A DNA stretch of 50,136 nt, the filler included, from Catajapyx aquilonaris (taxonomy: Eukaryota): assembly GCA_000934665.2 (NCBI GenBank). It is 2 parts of 2 records of this genome, joined end to end, with 100 filler letters (N's around TTAATTAATTAA, not from the genome) between each part and the next. Parts side by side here need not be neighbours in the genome. Positions count along the whole stretch, not along the records: positions 1 to 25,093 come from JYFJ02005437.1; 1 more part is not named here. One strand, written 5' to 3'. Positions 1-13,506 of the stretch are shown here, piece by piece. The number at the start of each line of letters is the position of its first letter. The first letter of the stretch is position 1. The translations under genes and the position numbers were made by a program. The notes beneath the pieces are model-generated. The model saw nothing but the letters and a program-made list of their open reading frames with translations. It was not told the DNA's origin and did not search any database.

Positions 1-381
1 CCAATTTTATCAAATACACACCCATTCAAATCTCCCACTTTCACCTAAGCTCGACTATCATTTTCATACTATATTCAGTGTGTGTCGCATCATTTTTCAA
101 GTGTAGAGATCTTGGAAATTGCTTTGAATATTTCGAAGTTGATACTTAAATCTTAATGAAGTTCTAGATTATTAACCCTGTATGTCACCAGGTGTTTATC
201 TTTGATCCTGGGCAGCCATGAGATTGCAAGTACACCTGATACAGGAAAGCAGAAAATGACCTGATCAAGTGAAGTTGACAGAATTAGGAATATAAGCTGT
301 GACTTCTTTAATGAATATTAGTGATTAGCCACTAAACCAACGGTATGAATGGCTTTTAATGTACTAACGTGTGTACTGCAG

Positions 382-1900
382 GTGATATCAGCGCGGAGAG
401 GCGAGTTTGAGACTGGCTTTGAAAAAGGTGGGCAGACCCGGGAGCATGCTATGCTTGCCAAGACTGCTGGAGTGAAGCACATGGTGGTTCTGATCAACAA
501 GATGGACGATCCAACTGTGGAGTGGTCAGAGGAGCGGTACCTGGAATGCAAGGACAAGCTTCTCCCCTACCTCCGCAAGCTTGGGTTCAATCCACAGCGC
601 GACCTCTCCTTCATGCCCTGTTCTGGCCTAACGGGCGCAGGATTAAAGGAGATGGTTGATCCTGCAGTGTGTTGCTGGTATCCCGGACAGGCCTTCATCC
701 CATTTATTGACTCCATGCCATCGCTGTCCCGCAATAGGCAGGGTCCCTTCCTCATGCCTGTGGCCAACAAGTACAAAGACATGGGAACCATTGTCATTGG
801 AAAAGTTGAATCAGGAGAGGCGAGGAAAGGGCAGCAGTTGGTACTCATGCCTAACAAGGTACAGTGGTACTTTAAGTGAGGCTCAAACGTTTGTCAATGA
901 TGTCAGTGATGTCTTGGAATGAGTTTTGAAATGTTCTGTGCCACACCATTATTTTTTGAAGAGGATTAATTTGTGATTTTCATATTCCCCTCCAGAACCA
1001 AGTCCTTGCAGACCAGCTGTGGTCAGATGACGATGAAGTAACCGTTGTTGGACCAGGAGAGAATGTGAAGATTAAGCTCAAGGGGATTGAAGAGGAAGAG
1101 GTATCCTCAGGTTTTGTCCTTTGTGACGCTTCCATCCCATGTAAGACGGGGAAGGTCTTTGATGCCCAGGTTGTTATCCTGGAATACAAGAGTATAATCT
1201 GCGCTGGATACTCAGCAGTCATGCACATCCACTGCCTAACAGAGGAGGTCACTGTTACTGTGAGTATACTTTCAGTACTTATTTATATTCATGTCCTGTT
1301 GCAATAGATGATTCTCACTTCTGGTCATTCTCTCTCTGAACCACAGGCCCTCCTGTGTTTGGTGGACAAGAAATCTGGGGACAAGTCGAAGGCGAGGCCT
1401 CGCTTCGTGAAGCAAGACCAGGTGGCCATCATGCGCTTTGAGTGCACGGGAGTCATCTGCCTTGAACCATTCAAACTCTTCCCACAAATGGGACGGTTCA
1501 CCCTAAGGGATGAAGGTTTGTGTTGTGGTGTTGTGGGGCACAAAATAAGTCTTATTTTGTGCCCTTGAAGGGAAACCACTGATACTGAGGGATGCATAGG
1601 AACAGATCCAGTTGAAATTTTCTCTGATTACCACTGCACTTAAAATAGTAGAGACATTGGCTGGGTCTACTTTTGCCCACCATAGTTGCATTTCCTGAGG
1701 CCAGTCATCCTACACCTATTTTTAATACACTTTTAATACAGCTTACTTCTACCCTGCTTTTAATGATGGAGTGTAATATGAATTAGATGCGAGGGACAGG
1801 CCAAGCTCCTTGAAGGACATACCCACTTGACTGTTATATGTGCATTTCTTCTCCAGGGAAGACCATTGCAGTGGGAAAGGTGCTGAAAGTGCAGCAGTAA
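382..1900 (+). CDS. GSPT1: Eukaryotic peptide chain release factor GTP-binding subunit eRF3 (3' part; 5' exons lie upstream of the window)
   Basis: Exons 382-858, 996-1259, 1347-1515, 1857-1900 (TAA), all with GT-AG introns and consistent phases. Motifs: VISARRGEFETGFEKGGQTREHAMLAKTAGVKHMVVLINKMDDPTVEW (G4 NKMD), GRFTLRDEG|KTIAVGKVLKV C-terminus. Confidence 0.96.
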
Positions 1901-2911
1901 GAAGGCAGACAGGGAAGAAGAGAAAATGAGAGGGCTATTTGTGGGCCATTTCTTTTTCTTCGAGTCCGTCGTCACCTTTTTATCATCACAGCAACAATAA
2001 TGCCGCTCGAAGGAAGATACAACAACCAGATGACAAGATGCTGGGTTCCAAGGGAAAAAGTGGCTTCATCTAAGCGGCGTTCTTCACGTTTTTCTTCCCT
2101 CTCTCTCACCCGTTGTTGGCCATCTTATGAGAGGAGGGGGAGGAAAAGGATGTCGCCCTGTTTCTTTTTTTTTTTCCTTGTATAGAACTCTTGGGGCCTT
2201 CAATACGACAAAAAAAAGCTGGATGGAACATTAAAAGCATGTTTGGTGGCTGAACTTTCGTAACTTGTCAAGTTTGTGCCGCCTTAAAAACAATACCACC
2301 ACCACAAACCCTACCTTCCTTCCCATAAACAAAGAAGTAATCCAGTTTGCTGTTGAGCATATCCAATGTCGCCAATTGTTGCTGCAATGCCCCCCACTCC
2401 CAAAGTAATCCTCAGCCCTAAGAATTTTTAAATCCTAGAAGATTTCTATGCACAAGCTTGCAAGGCTGAAGAGCCGAACTGTCCATTTGAACAAGAAAAA
2501 AAGGGTGGGGTGGGGAGGGGGGGGGGGGGGGGTATANGGGGGGGTTAAAATTTTTTGATTTCTATTATTTCATGTTTCTGCTTTAGCTGACCAGGGGATC
2601 TTCCCCCCCTCATTTTGTAGCTTTTAATCCTAACTTGGTAACGTTTTCCATTTTTCTTCTTGGGGCTCATTGGGATGGAATATTGTTGGTTATATGGAGC
2701 ATAATTTGTTTTGCTCCCCTATATATAATATATTTTTACCCTCCTCCCCTCCCTTGCTGTGCCCATATCACAGGACCTGCAAGAAAACCAAGTGGCGGGA
2801 TTTTGTTACGTTAATTTTTTATTTGTGGGGTGGGGTGGGGGCGGGGGGGCCACTGCATCATCAATCTTCCGCCACATACGAGGTGTTTTGATTTTTTTTG
2901 TGGATTTATCC

Positions 2912-2917
2912 AATAAA
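2912..2917 (+). terminator. Candidate poly(A) signal of eRF3
   Basis: AATAAA ~1 kb downstream of the eRF3 stop. Confidence 0.55.
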
Positions 2918-2938
2918 GGGTAATGGATCGATAAAACA

Positions 2939-2979
2939 TTTATTCCGAGACAATTTTACGACACAAAACGACCTTTATT
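2939..2979 (-). terminator. Candidate distal poly(A) signals of GW182/TNRC6 (AATAAA on - at 2939-2944 and 2974-2979)
   Basis: Two TTTATT on + immediately right of the eRF3 signal; many other TTTATT occur further into the UTR, so the true end is uncertain. Confidence 0.4.
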
Positions 2980-4974
2980 AGAATGCATAATTGGGTTGTA
3001 CATTACATTACAGGCTTGGAGTGGAGAGGAACAGGCTTCTCTAATTTAAAACCAGTTCTTGGGACTCGGTTGTTGGGCACAGGGTAAAATCTGGATGGGA
3101 GGGGCAGACTCAGGAGCAAACATCACCCCCATAAAAGGCTTTCCCATTTCCCCTTCCCATACAGGGTATACATATTTTTTAGTTTTATTTATTTTTTAAC
3201 TTGTGTGTATATATATTTATTGCTGCCCCTTCTTGCTTCCACCACTTGACTTGAATCCAGCTTATTGCTTAGGTGCTGGAAGCGAGTCTTTTTTTCTCAT
3301 ATTCTGAGGTTCCAGGTCTGCCCCTGGTCTGTCCCAAGGGCAGGTCAAACAAAAGGTGGGTACCAGAGCGAGCCCAAAACTAAAAAATCTCCCAAACTCT
3401 GTACAGGGAACTGAAATTGCAAGTGGAGAAGTAGGACAAGTTCCCTGCCTCGAAAAATTGGGGGAAGAACACAGGGCACTGTTACCTTTAAAAATCTGAA
3501 CAGGGGGAAAAAAAAAACATCACAAACACAAATAAAAAGATTGGAATTAAATTCTAGACCCATCATCCCATCCACAACAAATTACCACAATAGTAATAAT
3601 AGCAATAATAATGGTAATAGCAATGCATAATGACATCGTGTAGCCTTTTTTGCTTGACCAGCAACAACCTTCTACAAGGGAATTTCTTACAACTAGGACA
3701 CTTAGACACCAAGCGTTTTCGTTTTGAAGCTTTCCATAGTTTTGGGCAGGGGGGGGGGGGGGGGGGNAAAATTGGGGGGCAGAGGATACGAAACTCGGAT
3801 ACAACAAGTCACCGTTTTTTTTAAAAAATACGGTGTGTATATATAGCTTCGTTAGTCGCTTTCTTTTCTAGCTCCATCGCAGTCGCACCTTTCTACCAAG
3901 TACCGGTAGCATTGTTATTTAAAACAGTACAGTCGCAGCCTTTATTTTTTTCTTGAAACACAGAAAACTTGTCTATCTCTCGGCTTGAACTAGGAATCCA
4001 CACCAACAAACGCTCGAGACGTAGCATCAGGGGCAGCCTAAGGGCTGGTTGCATTTTTTCCTTCCTCACCTCTGTCCTTCTCAGTTCCCATATATTTTTT
4101 TTAGTCCTTTACAGAATCAGTCAGCTTTCGGTTTTTTTTGTGGTTTTTAAAAAATTTCGTCTTAGTCTGGGTATTGTCCCTAACACTCCCCAAAAATGTC
4201 ACTTTTCCCCCCCTCCCCCCGAACCCCCCCTTCCTCTACTTCATTTATTGATCTGAAGAAGGGGTTGGTTTGGGGTCATCTTTGGAGAGGGAGTGTCGGA
4301 GTGGGTTCGAGTCTCGACAAATTGGGGATTGTAAAGTTCCATTCTTTTTTGATAATATTTAATGTATACTTATATACTGTATCACACAAGAGACATATGA
4401 ACACAGTCTACACCATGAGCAAATACTTTTAATGGTATGTATGTAATGCATGCCTTTTTGTCCTTTAAAAAAAAAAAAAATCTTTGGAGCTGGCTGGCCA
4501 ACATCCTTCTGCCACCCACCCACCCTATGACCCTATTTTGACCTGAAAAAGTATAAAAGCAACAAAAAAATCAATCCACAGGAACTGGCATAGGAAGCAG
4601 CATTAACATGAACCCGTGACTTTTTAAAAACCGTCTTTCCTTAAGTACCCACAAAAAAACCCTGCCCTCAAAAAATTCACGAGCCAAAAAAACCCACATA
4701 ATTAATAATAATAATAATTAATAATAATAATAATAACAGGTTAAGAAAAACCATTAAAAACATACTTTACACCCACCTTAAATGAGCACAGGTCAAAGGT
4801 GGGAGGGCAAGAAAATTGCAGGGCGTTAAAATAAGGAATGTATTCATCTTAAAAATCAAGCTCGTATTTTTTGGCACTTGAGGCTCCTCTTCTCTCTCAG
4901 TTTACTCTCACTCGACCTTATTAGACTTGTCAGGATCAGTTACTTGAAAATGCTCCAAACAAAAAAAAAAAATC

Positions 4975-5020
<46 letters not shown>
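4975..5020. repeat. (AAT)n microsatellite; similar tracts at ~4699-4735 and ~7050-7095
   Basis: Directly visible trinucleotide repeat. Confidence 0.9.
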
Positions 5021-5024
<4 letters not shown>

Positions 5025-8000
5025 CCGGTATTAGACCGGATTTTGGTCTGAATGTGAGCTGATTGACAACAAAAAATGAACGTATGTCGCAGACTTTGAG
5101 ATTCAAATAATTGTGACATCCCTGACGGTGGCAAATTTGGATGGTTATCCCCCTCACGCTAGGCAAAAAATGCAGGCGTAAATTATCTCCCTCTGTTGGA
5201 ATGCTCCCCCAAAAGGTTAACTGTGATTATGTCACTATCAAAGGGGGGGAAATATGGGGTGGGACTTCAGTGTTTCCTTTTCTTTTTCTTCTTCCTCACA
5301 TTGTCAGTGCAGATATTCCCTTCTCCTTCTCCTGGGTTAGTCCTGTTTACAACTTTGTACTTGTCCCATCAAAGAGACCCACAAAAACAAGAGGCTTCTG
5401 GGAGAGGTTTTCAAAAAGGTCTCTTCTCAGGTACAAAAGCATATATCATTTCACCAGCATCAATTAACGTGCATGGCAGCTACCTCCTGCCCCAGCAAGA
5501 AACTTTTTTTGGTTTTTTTTTTACGGTGTATCAAAGTGCATGATTTGGCTTTTTGTTGCAGGAGCAAGGAAGTGCATGTGTTTGACAAAGAGATTGCCGG
5601 AATTTGGGGGACTGTTTGGAGGAGGGTGGGGAAGATGACATGGACAACAACAAACAACAATCAGAAACAACGAGGAGCGCCATTGCTGACCACATGCAAT
5701 AATAAAAATAACTATCCACACAGGTACGTACAATCATACGCATGCCCAAATTATTATTATTTTTTAAAACACTCACACAACGATTAAACGGTCCACTCCT
5801 CCCACACCCCCCACCTTTGATAAAGCACCATAGTAAAACCACTTGGATATTATCATCGTTTACTTAACCCCTAAACATTATCAGTATAGCAGCATTATTA
5901 TTATTAGTTATTAGTGGTATTATTACATGTAGCATTATTATTAGTCATCGTCATCATTGTTATTATTAATGGCAATCATCACACGAGTACTTTGGCTAGT
6001 CTAGAGCAAAAAATTATAATAATGAGAAGTCAATCTGAGGATCACAAAGGCAAATTTGGCCTCCTCCCCCCCAATCCCACACTAAACAAAATCCCCACCT
6101 AACAATGCCCCTTGGTACCCTTTGACATTCGACTGTTCCTTTGAGAGAGAAGAGGAGGATTTTTTGTACATTTGGGCTAAATATGAGACACACCCCTACA
6201 CCCACTTGTAGTCCACCCCCCTTCCTTCCTTCCTTCCTTTCTTTTCCTTCCTTTCACAATCATTTGCATGAAAAACCACTCCAACTGACACCTGGAAAAA
6301 GGCACAAGAGAAGGGCGGCTATGGTCCATATCCCCCCAATCACATCAACAATTCCGATTCCACCACAACAACCAGTCCATCACTTGATTGGTCAGAACAT
6401 TGTAAATAAGTGGTTCTCTTTTAATGTCGAGAAGGGTGGGCAGGGTTAAAGGGGATAATTAATTACCACAGAATTGTTCTAATGTATTAGCACACAACAA
6501 TCAGGCAAGAAACGGTGAGAAGACTTGCAAGAAGATTTTTTTTTTTTTTAATATGCTAATGAACTACAGCACCATCACCTGAGGGTTGCGCCCTCCAAAA
6601 CACACGCACTCACACACTCGCATACAAATACACATGCACACCCAACAATCCTAAATCCCACCCCTCACACTGTTGGCCAGACCACTCCCCCCATAAAATC
6701 CCCACCCATCACTTTCTAATGGTTTAAAAAAGGCACTTGGACTCATCCGTCAATCGTCTGTTCGTCTCACTTCGTCCCCTCCCCGTCCCTTTTATTTATT
6801 TATTTTCCTGTTCCGGTCCATTGTTGGCCTCTTGTCCAGGGTTTCACCTGAGATTGGTCCTTCCAATTGCACTATTGTTGCACTCTCCCCTCCCCACTTC
6901 ACCCAACACAACACTCATGTCTTGAAATGGCAGTGAGCACACTTTTTCACACCCTCCTTCCCCCCACCTCCCTATTTAGTCTACAACTCTCACCTCCTTT
7001 ACCCCCACCACTGGTAACAATCACTCCAGTATTGTCCTCCTCATCCTCGTAATAATAATAATAATAATAGTAATAGTAGTAATAATAATAATAATTTTTT
7101 TAAACCTGAGCTGGTAAACAGTACACTGCTGGGGGAGTAGTTGGGAGGTGGTTAAATAAAGTAGTTAAGGAGTGAAATAGAAGGAACATTAGAAGAGCAT
7201 TCTTGCAAAATACACAACCCGAGAGATATGCATATCACATGGTGAGGGGATTAAATTACATTGTGGTGCACAGGATAAACTAATTAACAGGTGGGCAAGG
7301 GGGTGGGGGGTTTATAACTGGCATCACGCAACATTTGCACGTTTCTTCAACTGTCACATTGGCCTCGAGTTAAAAATTCTTAAGACTAACATGTAAGCGC
7401 AAAAAAAAAGAGGGTGAGACAAGATCTTAGAGAATACTACATGTTTTTGCTTACCTCTTTTTAAAAATGGAATACACAGTCTAAGTCATATAATAGCTAA
7501 TTATTATTATCCTTTACACAATAATAATAATATATGCACATGTCTTTGGTTCTGGTGAGGTGGGCACTTTGGGGCCTTAGTCTCCCTCAAATTATTGCCT
7601 CCTCCCCCACTCCGAGTTTTACTGGGAAGGTACTGTTGCTGGGTCAAGGGAGACACAAGGAGGGGCGGAGGACAATAAGGAGCAGAGTTTGGTCCACTCT
7701 TGGGACCGACCTCAGGCGGACTGATTTATCTCCTTAAGGGTGCAAGGGGGGAGGCACACTTTGACTGATTTCAATCGCGATTGAAATCTAGATGATTTGT
7801 CATGCTCGCGATGCATAATTACTTACTACTGTAGTTTTATCATGCTATTTGTCATTGGGAATAAGGAAAGGGCAACAAATCACAGAGCTAGGAAACAGGC
7901 AGTTTTTTGAGGATCATGTGATGTGTGACACTCTTTGAGTAAGACAGTTGGTCTACTTTTTTTTATATTTTTAGCGCAGGGATATCTTGGTACAGTAGTA

Positions 8001-11000
8001 TGCGCAGGATAAGAGGGTGGAGATGGGGATTGAGGACTTCTGGGGGTGGCCTTTAAAAAACACCATGCATACTGATATTGTACGCTTCTTTCGAGAACAA
8101 GGCATGACCATTCTAGTCATCACAAGGAGTCAGTAAAATTGGTGGAGGGTACATAGGGAGCAACAATGCGATATCACAATGCAAAGGATAAGAAGGCAAG
8201 GGGGTGGGACTATTTTTTCGATTTTTTTTTTCTTTCTTTCATGTAATTCCTACATTTTTTTTGATCTGCATATTTGCACCCTGTATGTACGTAGCTCAGA
8301 GCTGAATGCTCATGCCTTAGCCTTAAATATATTTGTAGGTATATATATTTATATTTATATATTTATACTTTTTTAAAGTTATCTATGAAGAATATATATG
8401 CACATCCACTCACGAGCCTACGCCTAAGCAACTACCTAACAATTAAAAACCTTGTGCTAAATAATTTCATGCACGGGCTTAAATATATATCAATTGCATT
8501 TCCTGCACTTCGCTGAGAGATAAAATTCATCCACAATGACAATAATGCTAATAATAATCACAATAATGCAGTACTAATGGTACTAATAATAATTAATAAT
8601 AAAAACCTGCAGTCTGTTGGCATAAACGTCGTCTCAAAAAAACACAACCATGGTCACAAAGACAAAGAAAAATATTACATAAACGCACACATTTGTAAAT
8701 GTTCCTGGGTTTGGAAATGGCAATAGACAATAGTGGATAAATGCGATGGAGCAGCGACTCATTTCACTGTGGCGCACATTTCTTACACATTTTTTGGTGG
8801 AAACATTGTTGTGTCCGAGTTTCAGGTTGGGCTTTCAGGGTGCAGCCTCAGTCTGCATGTGTGAGAGCAGTACGTGATGCACATGGGTCGACACGTGACA
8901 TACCATCGCCTCCACAGCCCTCACAATATGAATGCATTCAGTGTGTTGACCAGGCATGTGAGCACTGAGAAGGTGACAACAATGTGAGGGAGGTTTGGGA
9001 AACAGCATGTAACACGCGTACACAAAATGAGAGCTCACACATGTAGCCCCACCCACCCACCCAACCCTATAAAAGTGACCCTCCCAAAACCCTTAACACC
9101 TATATCACAAAACACTAGCTACAAGGAGCAAGAAAAAAACAACTACTCAACTATATAAAAAAGCAACAAAATTATCTTTCAAATGAATAGATGGGGAGAA
9201 ACCCAACCCATTGTACCACACAGGTCAAAATGATTACAACACTACTCTCATATATTAGCACTTTTTTTTTTCTTTTTTTTACCTTTTCTGTTCTGTTCTC
9301 TTTTTTTGGCTGGAAGGTCACACCTTCCATACTTTTGCATGTCCCTTGAAAAAAAAAAGTGATATACTTCCCTACTGTACATTATTATTTTGCAACTTTT
9401 ATATGCATTTTGGTTGAACCCCACCTCCACTACACCCCACTGTTAAATATACAAGTTAGTGAGTTGCGAGGGGTGGGGGAGGGGGGTGGGGTGGGTGGAG
9501 GGAGTGAGGAGGTTCAGGAGGTGGAGGAGAAGAAATGGATTTTTTCATTGATTGATTGGGATTCTCTTTAACACAGAAGCTTAGCTGAGTACGTATTGTT
9601 GGTCAATGCTTCTTGACCGTTTGCAAATCAATCACTCTTTCTACCTTTATCGTTAGTACCCTTTCTTAGATAGTCATTTCTCATAACCACACGTGCACCC
9701 TGCATTTCACTTTCCTTCTATCCCTTCAATTATTTTTTTTTTGGTCCTTTTGTCAACATTTTTGTGTTTTTTTTTCCTTTTTTCCTATTTATAACCTACA
9801 TACTGATTTCAGTTACTTTTTGGCAGATACCATCATCGGACTCTTGTCTCTGTCTCTGAGCAAAAAATAAAAGTTAAAATAAAAACACAACAAATAGATC
9901 AACATACACTCTTTCTCTCTCTTTCTCTCTTTTGTTCTCTCTCTCTCTCTCTCACCACAGAAAAGATGATATGGCTTCACACAACTAGACTTCTTTGAGA
10001 AAAAAAAGTTCCTTTTTTTTCGCAGTTTTCGTTTTCTCTTTAAATACATTTTGTAGTCTTCGTCACCTTAAGTCAATTAAAGAGGATAAATCAATATCCT
10101 TTAAATAGATTATGAAACATGGGTGGCACTTGATCACAAAATACTGGAAAAAGGTAAGGAAAAATACTACCTGGTAAGGAGTTGTTGTTTCTTTTTCATT
10201 TTTCCCCGACACAAAAAGGAATTCATTATTAACAGTCATGTGTGTGTATGTGTTTAGTGAATGTATGTGTGTGTGTGTTTGTGGATTTGTCTCCTTTTAA
10301 CCGTTTCCCTCTTCCTCCTTAAGGTAAACATGTATTATCAACATGGGCTTGGTTGGTTTTGTGCAAGTAGTTTCCCTTTTTTTCACTTGTAAATACAAAG
10401 CTGAGCTCCATCAACAGAGGTGGTTCACGAGAAAAATGAACACGGCCTTTTCCTCAAAAACCTGAATCGCCACATCACAAGACCCGTACCCCCAACACAA
10501 AGGAATTAATTTTTAACAAAATTAGACATTTTGGGTGGCAATAGGTCACAGAGGTATTTCCAAGCTCAAAAAAAAAATTCTCACTTCCTTCTTTCTCTCC
10601 CTCTCATTCACACTTCACTCTCTACCTCTTTTGCTCTCTCCCTCAATAATTCTGATCACCCTCCCTCCATAGTAGTAACTAGTGGGATAAAATGCGCCAA
10701 AAAATTAGGGGGTCACATAATTGGGTAAAGGTACATTTTTTGCAAGATTTTCTCCATTTTTTTGGCTTTTCTTATTATTATTTTTTACATTAGCTAAGTC
10801 TCTCAAAGGCAAGAATGGACTGGAATCCTTTGACCATTGTCACCATCACTTTGAACCACCAACAAGATAAATGGCGGGGTTTAATTTAGGAAGAGAGGGG
10901 CATGAGGTTCTTGGCTGGGGGGGTTGAGGGAAGGGGAGAGAAAACTTGTCATGTTGCAACCCCCTGCAAAAAAAAATATGACCTAAAAACAAAGTAATAT

Positions 11001-13200
11001 TCCCCACTTTAATCCCCCCTCGTTCCCATTGTTGCAGTGCCTGGGGACGAAAATGCTACATGACTGAAAAAATCGCTTGTACTTGAGACTTGAACAGCCG
11101 ACATTTCCCTGCAGTACTAAAAGAGACAGCACTTCACAACTTTTAAGCCCACTTTTTTTCCACTTTGGGCTCTTTTGCATTCCCTCTGCTTTTTTCTCAC
11201 TTCTTGCGCTCTCTCTTGCTTACTTTTTGCTTCACTCATGTACTCACTTCAGCAAACAATTTGTCTGCTCCTTGGCAGCTTAATAATTATTATCACACTC
11301 CAGAGACATGCTGTATGATTCCTGTGGGGTTTTGCTTCTCTCCTTTTTTTGTTATTTTCTGTTATTTTCTTTTCCATCACGATCTTAATCATCACTTCCC
11401 ACCGCAGAGCAAAAAATGCTAAGGGTTAATATTTTGTCATCAGACTAACACTGTTAATGTCATTTTACTTTTTCTGTATATTCTTATAAACTATGTTGAC
11501 TTAAACGTAGTACCTCAAACGGTAAACATTTCATTTGGTACAGACTCGAGCAAAAAATTAAGCACGAAAAAAAGTACATTCCCATCAACCGTTATTTTTT
11601 TTCCCCTTCTGCCTGCGTACATGATGATTATGCTATGGCAAAAACTTCTACCTTTCTCTCAGTCTCATTCATACATTCCTTTCTCCACATTAACTTGGGG
11701 AAGGCGGGGTTTTCTTTTGCAATTCTGTCTTCCTCGAACACTTTCCATTCCTCTTATTATTTTTTTTGTTTTGTTAATACAAGAGCAGACTTAGATTTAC
11801 ACTTGGCATTTTGATAGTTAGGACCGAGTCCCACAAGTGGCCTTCGAGATCCAAAGGCTTTGCAACTCCTCTTCGAGAAGAGGGTATCTATCTTAGGCTA
11901 TTTCATCTTTTTAAAAATCTTCTCAATCTTTGCACCATCGTGATGGGTGAGGGGAGGGGGCAGGAAAGGGCGGGGTTGAAGGAGGAGGGTTGGGGACCGT
12001 AGAATAAAAAATAATAATGACAATTAATAACTGAGAAGTTTCAACACCTATAGCTAAAACCTTAATGTTTTTTTTGGTAGCCTACAAATATCTTGAGGAG
12101 TTAAGTCACAGCGTTTCTTCGTCAGTTTTTTTTTTTTTTTTTTAAAGCCACACCGACATATTTTTTCAGTTAGTGTCACAGCTTTGATGATTGGACAAGT
12201 GCCATTCGTAACAACATTGTATTTTTTATGTTTTTAAAAACATTGTATGGTGGGGGAGGGGGGGGGGAAATGTAGGCATTCACTTTCTCATTTTTTTTTG
12301 CAATTTTTTGCAACAGTTTTCTAAAACATTGGTTTGCATTTTGGCTGGAACGTGCCAAGGCGACTTACTGTACTTGGCCTATCGCTTTACAAGTCTGAGT
12401 GGGCAGTACGGTAGTACTTGTTGTATTATTATTATTATTATTTCTCTTTTGCAAGACGAACAACCTAAGCACTAAATGGATGTGTTTGAGAAGTTTGAGA
12501 GAGCATGACTGGCAAATTGTTAGGGATGGCAAAGGAGAGGGAATTGAGTTGGGCAGGTAAGGATTTTACAACAGGGTAATTGGCAGGATTTATGGGTAGT
12601 AAGGGAAGTCACAGGTGCCAGCTGCCCTGGAAGCATCCTCGTTGATTGTGGCAAGTCTCTTAATCAAGAAAAAAAAAAGAAATAAAAGTGCAACATGGGA
12701 TAAGGGAGGAGTCAAAACAAAATGAGCCACATATTTTTTGGGACTCCTCCCACACAATACACATATCTAAACCTACACCTAATATATTATTATCATCATC
12801 AATCACTGGATATATATTATATGTCTAAAGTTAGGTATTGTGATAATCATTTTTGCATCTTTCAGACGAAGAAGTTTCACTTCACATTTGTCACCTTTAA
12901 CTCTCCGTTTTTCCGCTGGTTTCAGGGAGTTGTAATAGTTTTCTTTGTTTTTTTGGAGGGGTGGATTTTTAAAAAAAGAGAATGATATTGGGGTGAGGTG
13001 AAGGCGACAGAAACTGAGCAGTGGCATGAGATAATGCTTTAAAAAAAACAACAGGAAGAAGGCCTGGCAACGACTCACTGGACCCTTCATCACGTTTGTA
13101 GGTTCCATGGTTTCTTCAGCAGCAGATGTAAGTTGAGTCATTCTTGTGGCAGACTCAAGGGTGGCCCACAGACAAGCAGCCAACTTTCACTTCCATTTTG

Positions 13201-13477
13201 CTGCAAAAAGAGAGCAGTTTAATAAATTGCTGCATCACTAAACTTTATGGCTAATTTCGTCACCATGGTGTCACTAGCAACACGTTTTCAGTTGAATGAG
13301 CGATATTCTGTCAAAGGGAAGAACTATACATAGTTGCAAAATGGGGAAAAGGGGGGAACGACTGCAGAACAGGTAACTCACATTATATCTGAAAAAATAG
13401 TATTAAATGACCATTCTATTTTGGGAAGAGCATTCCCCCTTGGGCAAACAACTAAGATAAATAGCATAAGAACCAAC
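13201..13477 (-). other. Putative intron in the GW182 3' UTR
   Basis: Donor CAG|GTTGGT at 13477; acceptor ctgctctctttttgcAG| at 13201. Confidence 0.55.
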
Positions 13478-13506
13478 CTGCACAGGAAGAGGACCTAGGG
13501 TGATCA

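Larger units (their letters stand above)
2930..13506 (-). other. Probable very long 3' UTR of GW182/TNRC6
   Basis: No credible coding exon and no recognisable TE; rich in homopolymers and microsatellites; lies between the GW182 stop and the convergent eRF3 end. Confidence 0.55.

Noticed and set aside
1558..1672. Second H/ACA-like fold in the last eRF3 intron
   Set aside because: Relies on many G-U pairs and lacks an ACA box
2500..2545. Long G runs with embedded N (also ~3750 and ~45690)
   Set aside because: Run lengths are unreliable at sequencing breakdown points; G-quadruplex claims are not supportable
2000..13183. Numerous 60-126-aa ORFs
   Set aside because: Low-complexity translations of homopolymer-rich non-coding DNA; no splice structure or recognisable domain
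3000..13200. miRNA seed matches in the putative GW182 UTR (e.g. miR-92-like at ~6866, miR-124-like at ~6730)
   Set aside because: Seven-mer matches are expected by chance in 10 kb; they mean nothing without conservation data
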